The position numbers were made by a program, and so were the translations under genes. A stretch of DNA of 33,159 nucleotides, taken from positions 147,173,295 through 147,206,453 of the forward strand of contig NC_068984.1 of the NCBI RefSeq assembly GCF_001194135.2, in the 5' to 3' direction. How positions within the stretch are numbered: the stretch's first letter is position 1; every line of letters starts with the position of its first letter. This DNA is from Octopus bimaculoides. Taxonomy: Eukaryota. This document shows positions 32,301 to 33,159 of this stretch, piece after piece. Under the pieces are notes generated by a model that made no database searches, was not told where the DNA came from, and was given only the letters and a program-made list of their open reading frames with translations.

Positions 32301-33090
32301 ACCAATAGTACATAAACGGGTGTATAGTCATTATTCAGGCACTGATTGGTTGGTGTCTTTCTGTGGCTTGTTGGGATGTTAGAAATCGAAGAATCCATCA
32401 TGCATGAAACCCACAGAAAAGCTTTACATACAACACATTGTCCAACCATTCAGATATCATGATCAGGAATCAGTGGAGACTATTTCAATGAGATTAACGT
32501 TGTTCTCCAACGAAACTATATCCAACGATGCAGCCTTCATAAAATGATACTCTTCCATCACAAGTGATTTCAAGGGCACTCCCCCTAAAAAAAAATGTGA
32601 TGGTCACAGCTAGAACGACGTTGATCTGCTTAGGTCAGAACTGACTTCAGACTAAATATCGACAAAACTACCACGAAAAATTTCCACGCTTTTAAATGAA
32701 ACTTGTACTCCATAACCGCTTTTAAGTCTGTACGGTTGAATGTATATAAAAAAGAATTTGTCAGATGCTATTTTCAAAATATTTTCATTTCATTTCTTCG
32801 TTTATCTTTTTGCATAAATTATTATATTATTTCATCTTAGTATTGCATATGTTTGTATTCGCTTGTTAAACGTTTTCAATGTTGCTGTCAAACTGGAAGA
32901 TTAGTTTGCAAAGAAAAATAAATAAATAAAAATAAAAATAGAAAAATATTGGGGAAAATGAAATGAAATAATTGAAATATCTTGTTACATTGTTGAGTGC
33001 AGTCAAATCCGTCTTCAGTGTCTGGTTTTGTAGGGATGACCAACGACAATAGCAACAAGAATGCTACTAAAACCAACACAACTTTAACAG

Positions 33091-33107
33091 TAATAATGAT
33101 AATAATG

Positions 33108-33151
<44 letters not shown>
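33091..33151. repeat. (AAT)n microsatellite
   Basis: Seen directly. Confidence 0.9.
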
Positions 33152-33154
<3 letters not shown>

Positions 33155-33159
33155 ATGGA

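Noticed and set aside
32597-32665. Faint resemblance to a recalled octopus retroposon tail (and a 25-bp SINE A head tip at 29371-29395)
   Set aside because: Too short or too diverged to annotate without a consensus search.

Overview
AT-rich eukaryotic (animal) genomic DNA from a gapped scaffold: 10 N-gaps totalling about 3.0 kb, most flanked by microsatellites. No intact protein-coding gene, rRNA, true tRNA or CRISPR array is supportable, and almost all long ORFs in the track are microsatellite or N-gap artefacts. The interspersed repeats match, from memory and not from a search, the abundant SINEs of Octopus/coleoid cephalopods, so this is probably octopus intronic or intergenic DNA. Supportable content: about 20 copies or fragments of tRNA-derived SINEs (labelled here A, B, C); a frameshifted Penelope-like reverse transcriptase fragment (3951-4580,+); a near-complete dead Tc1 DD34E transposase with one TIR (17686-19012,-); a 5'-truncated DD37D (maT) mariner-like element (23241-23897,-); fainter Tc1/Tc3-, pogo/Tigger- and Helentron-like remnants; and many simple and compound repeats. 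The most interesting signal is a set of hammerhead-ribozyme-like cores. A three-copy family (1950-2205, 2457-2621, 26081-26230) carries GAAA..GTA..CTGATGA in permuted (type II-like) order with helix II retained but helix I missing. Two type I-like cores lie at 6667 and 29899, and a perfectly duplicated, structured 58-mer lies at 27063/29556. Also notable are inverted SINE arrays (potential ADAR substrates), a motif shared by two SINE families, an (AAT)n/(ATT)n palindrome and a splice-signal-bounded candidate exon. All structural and functional claims are by-eye inferences that need computation.
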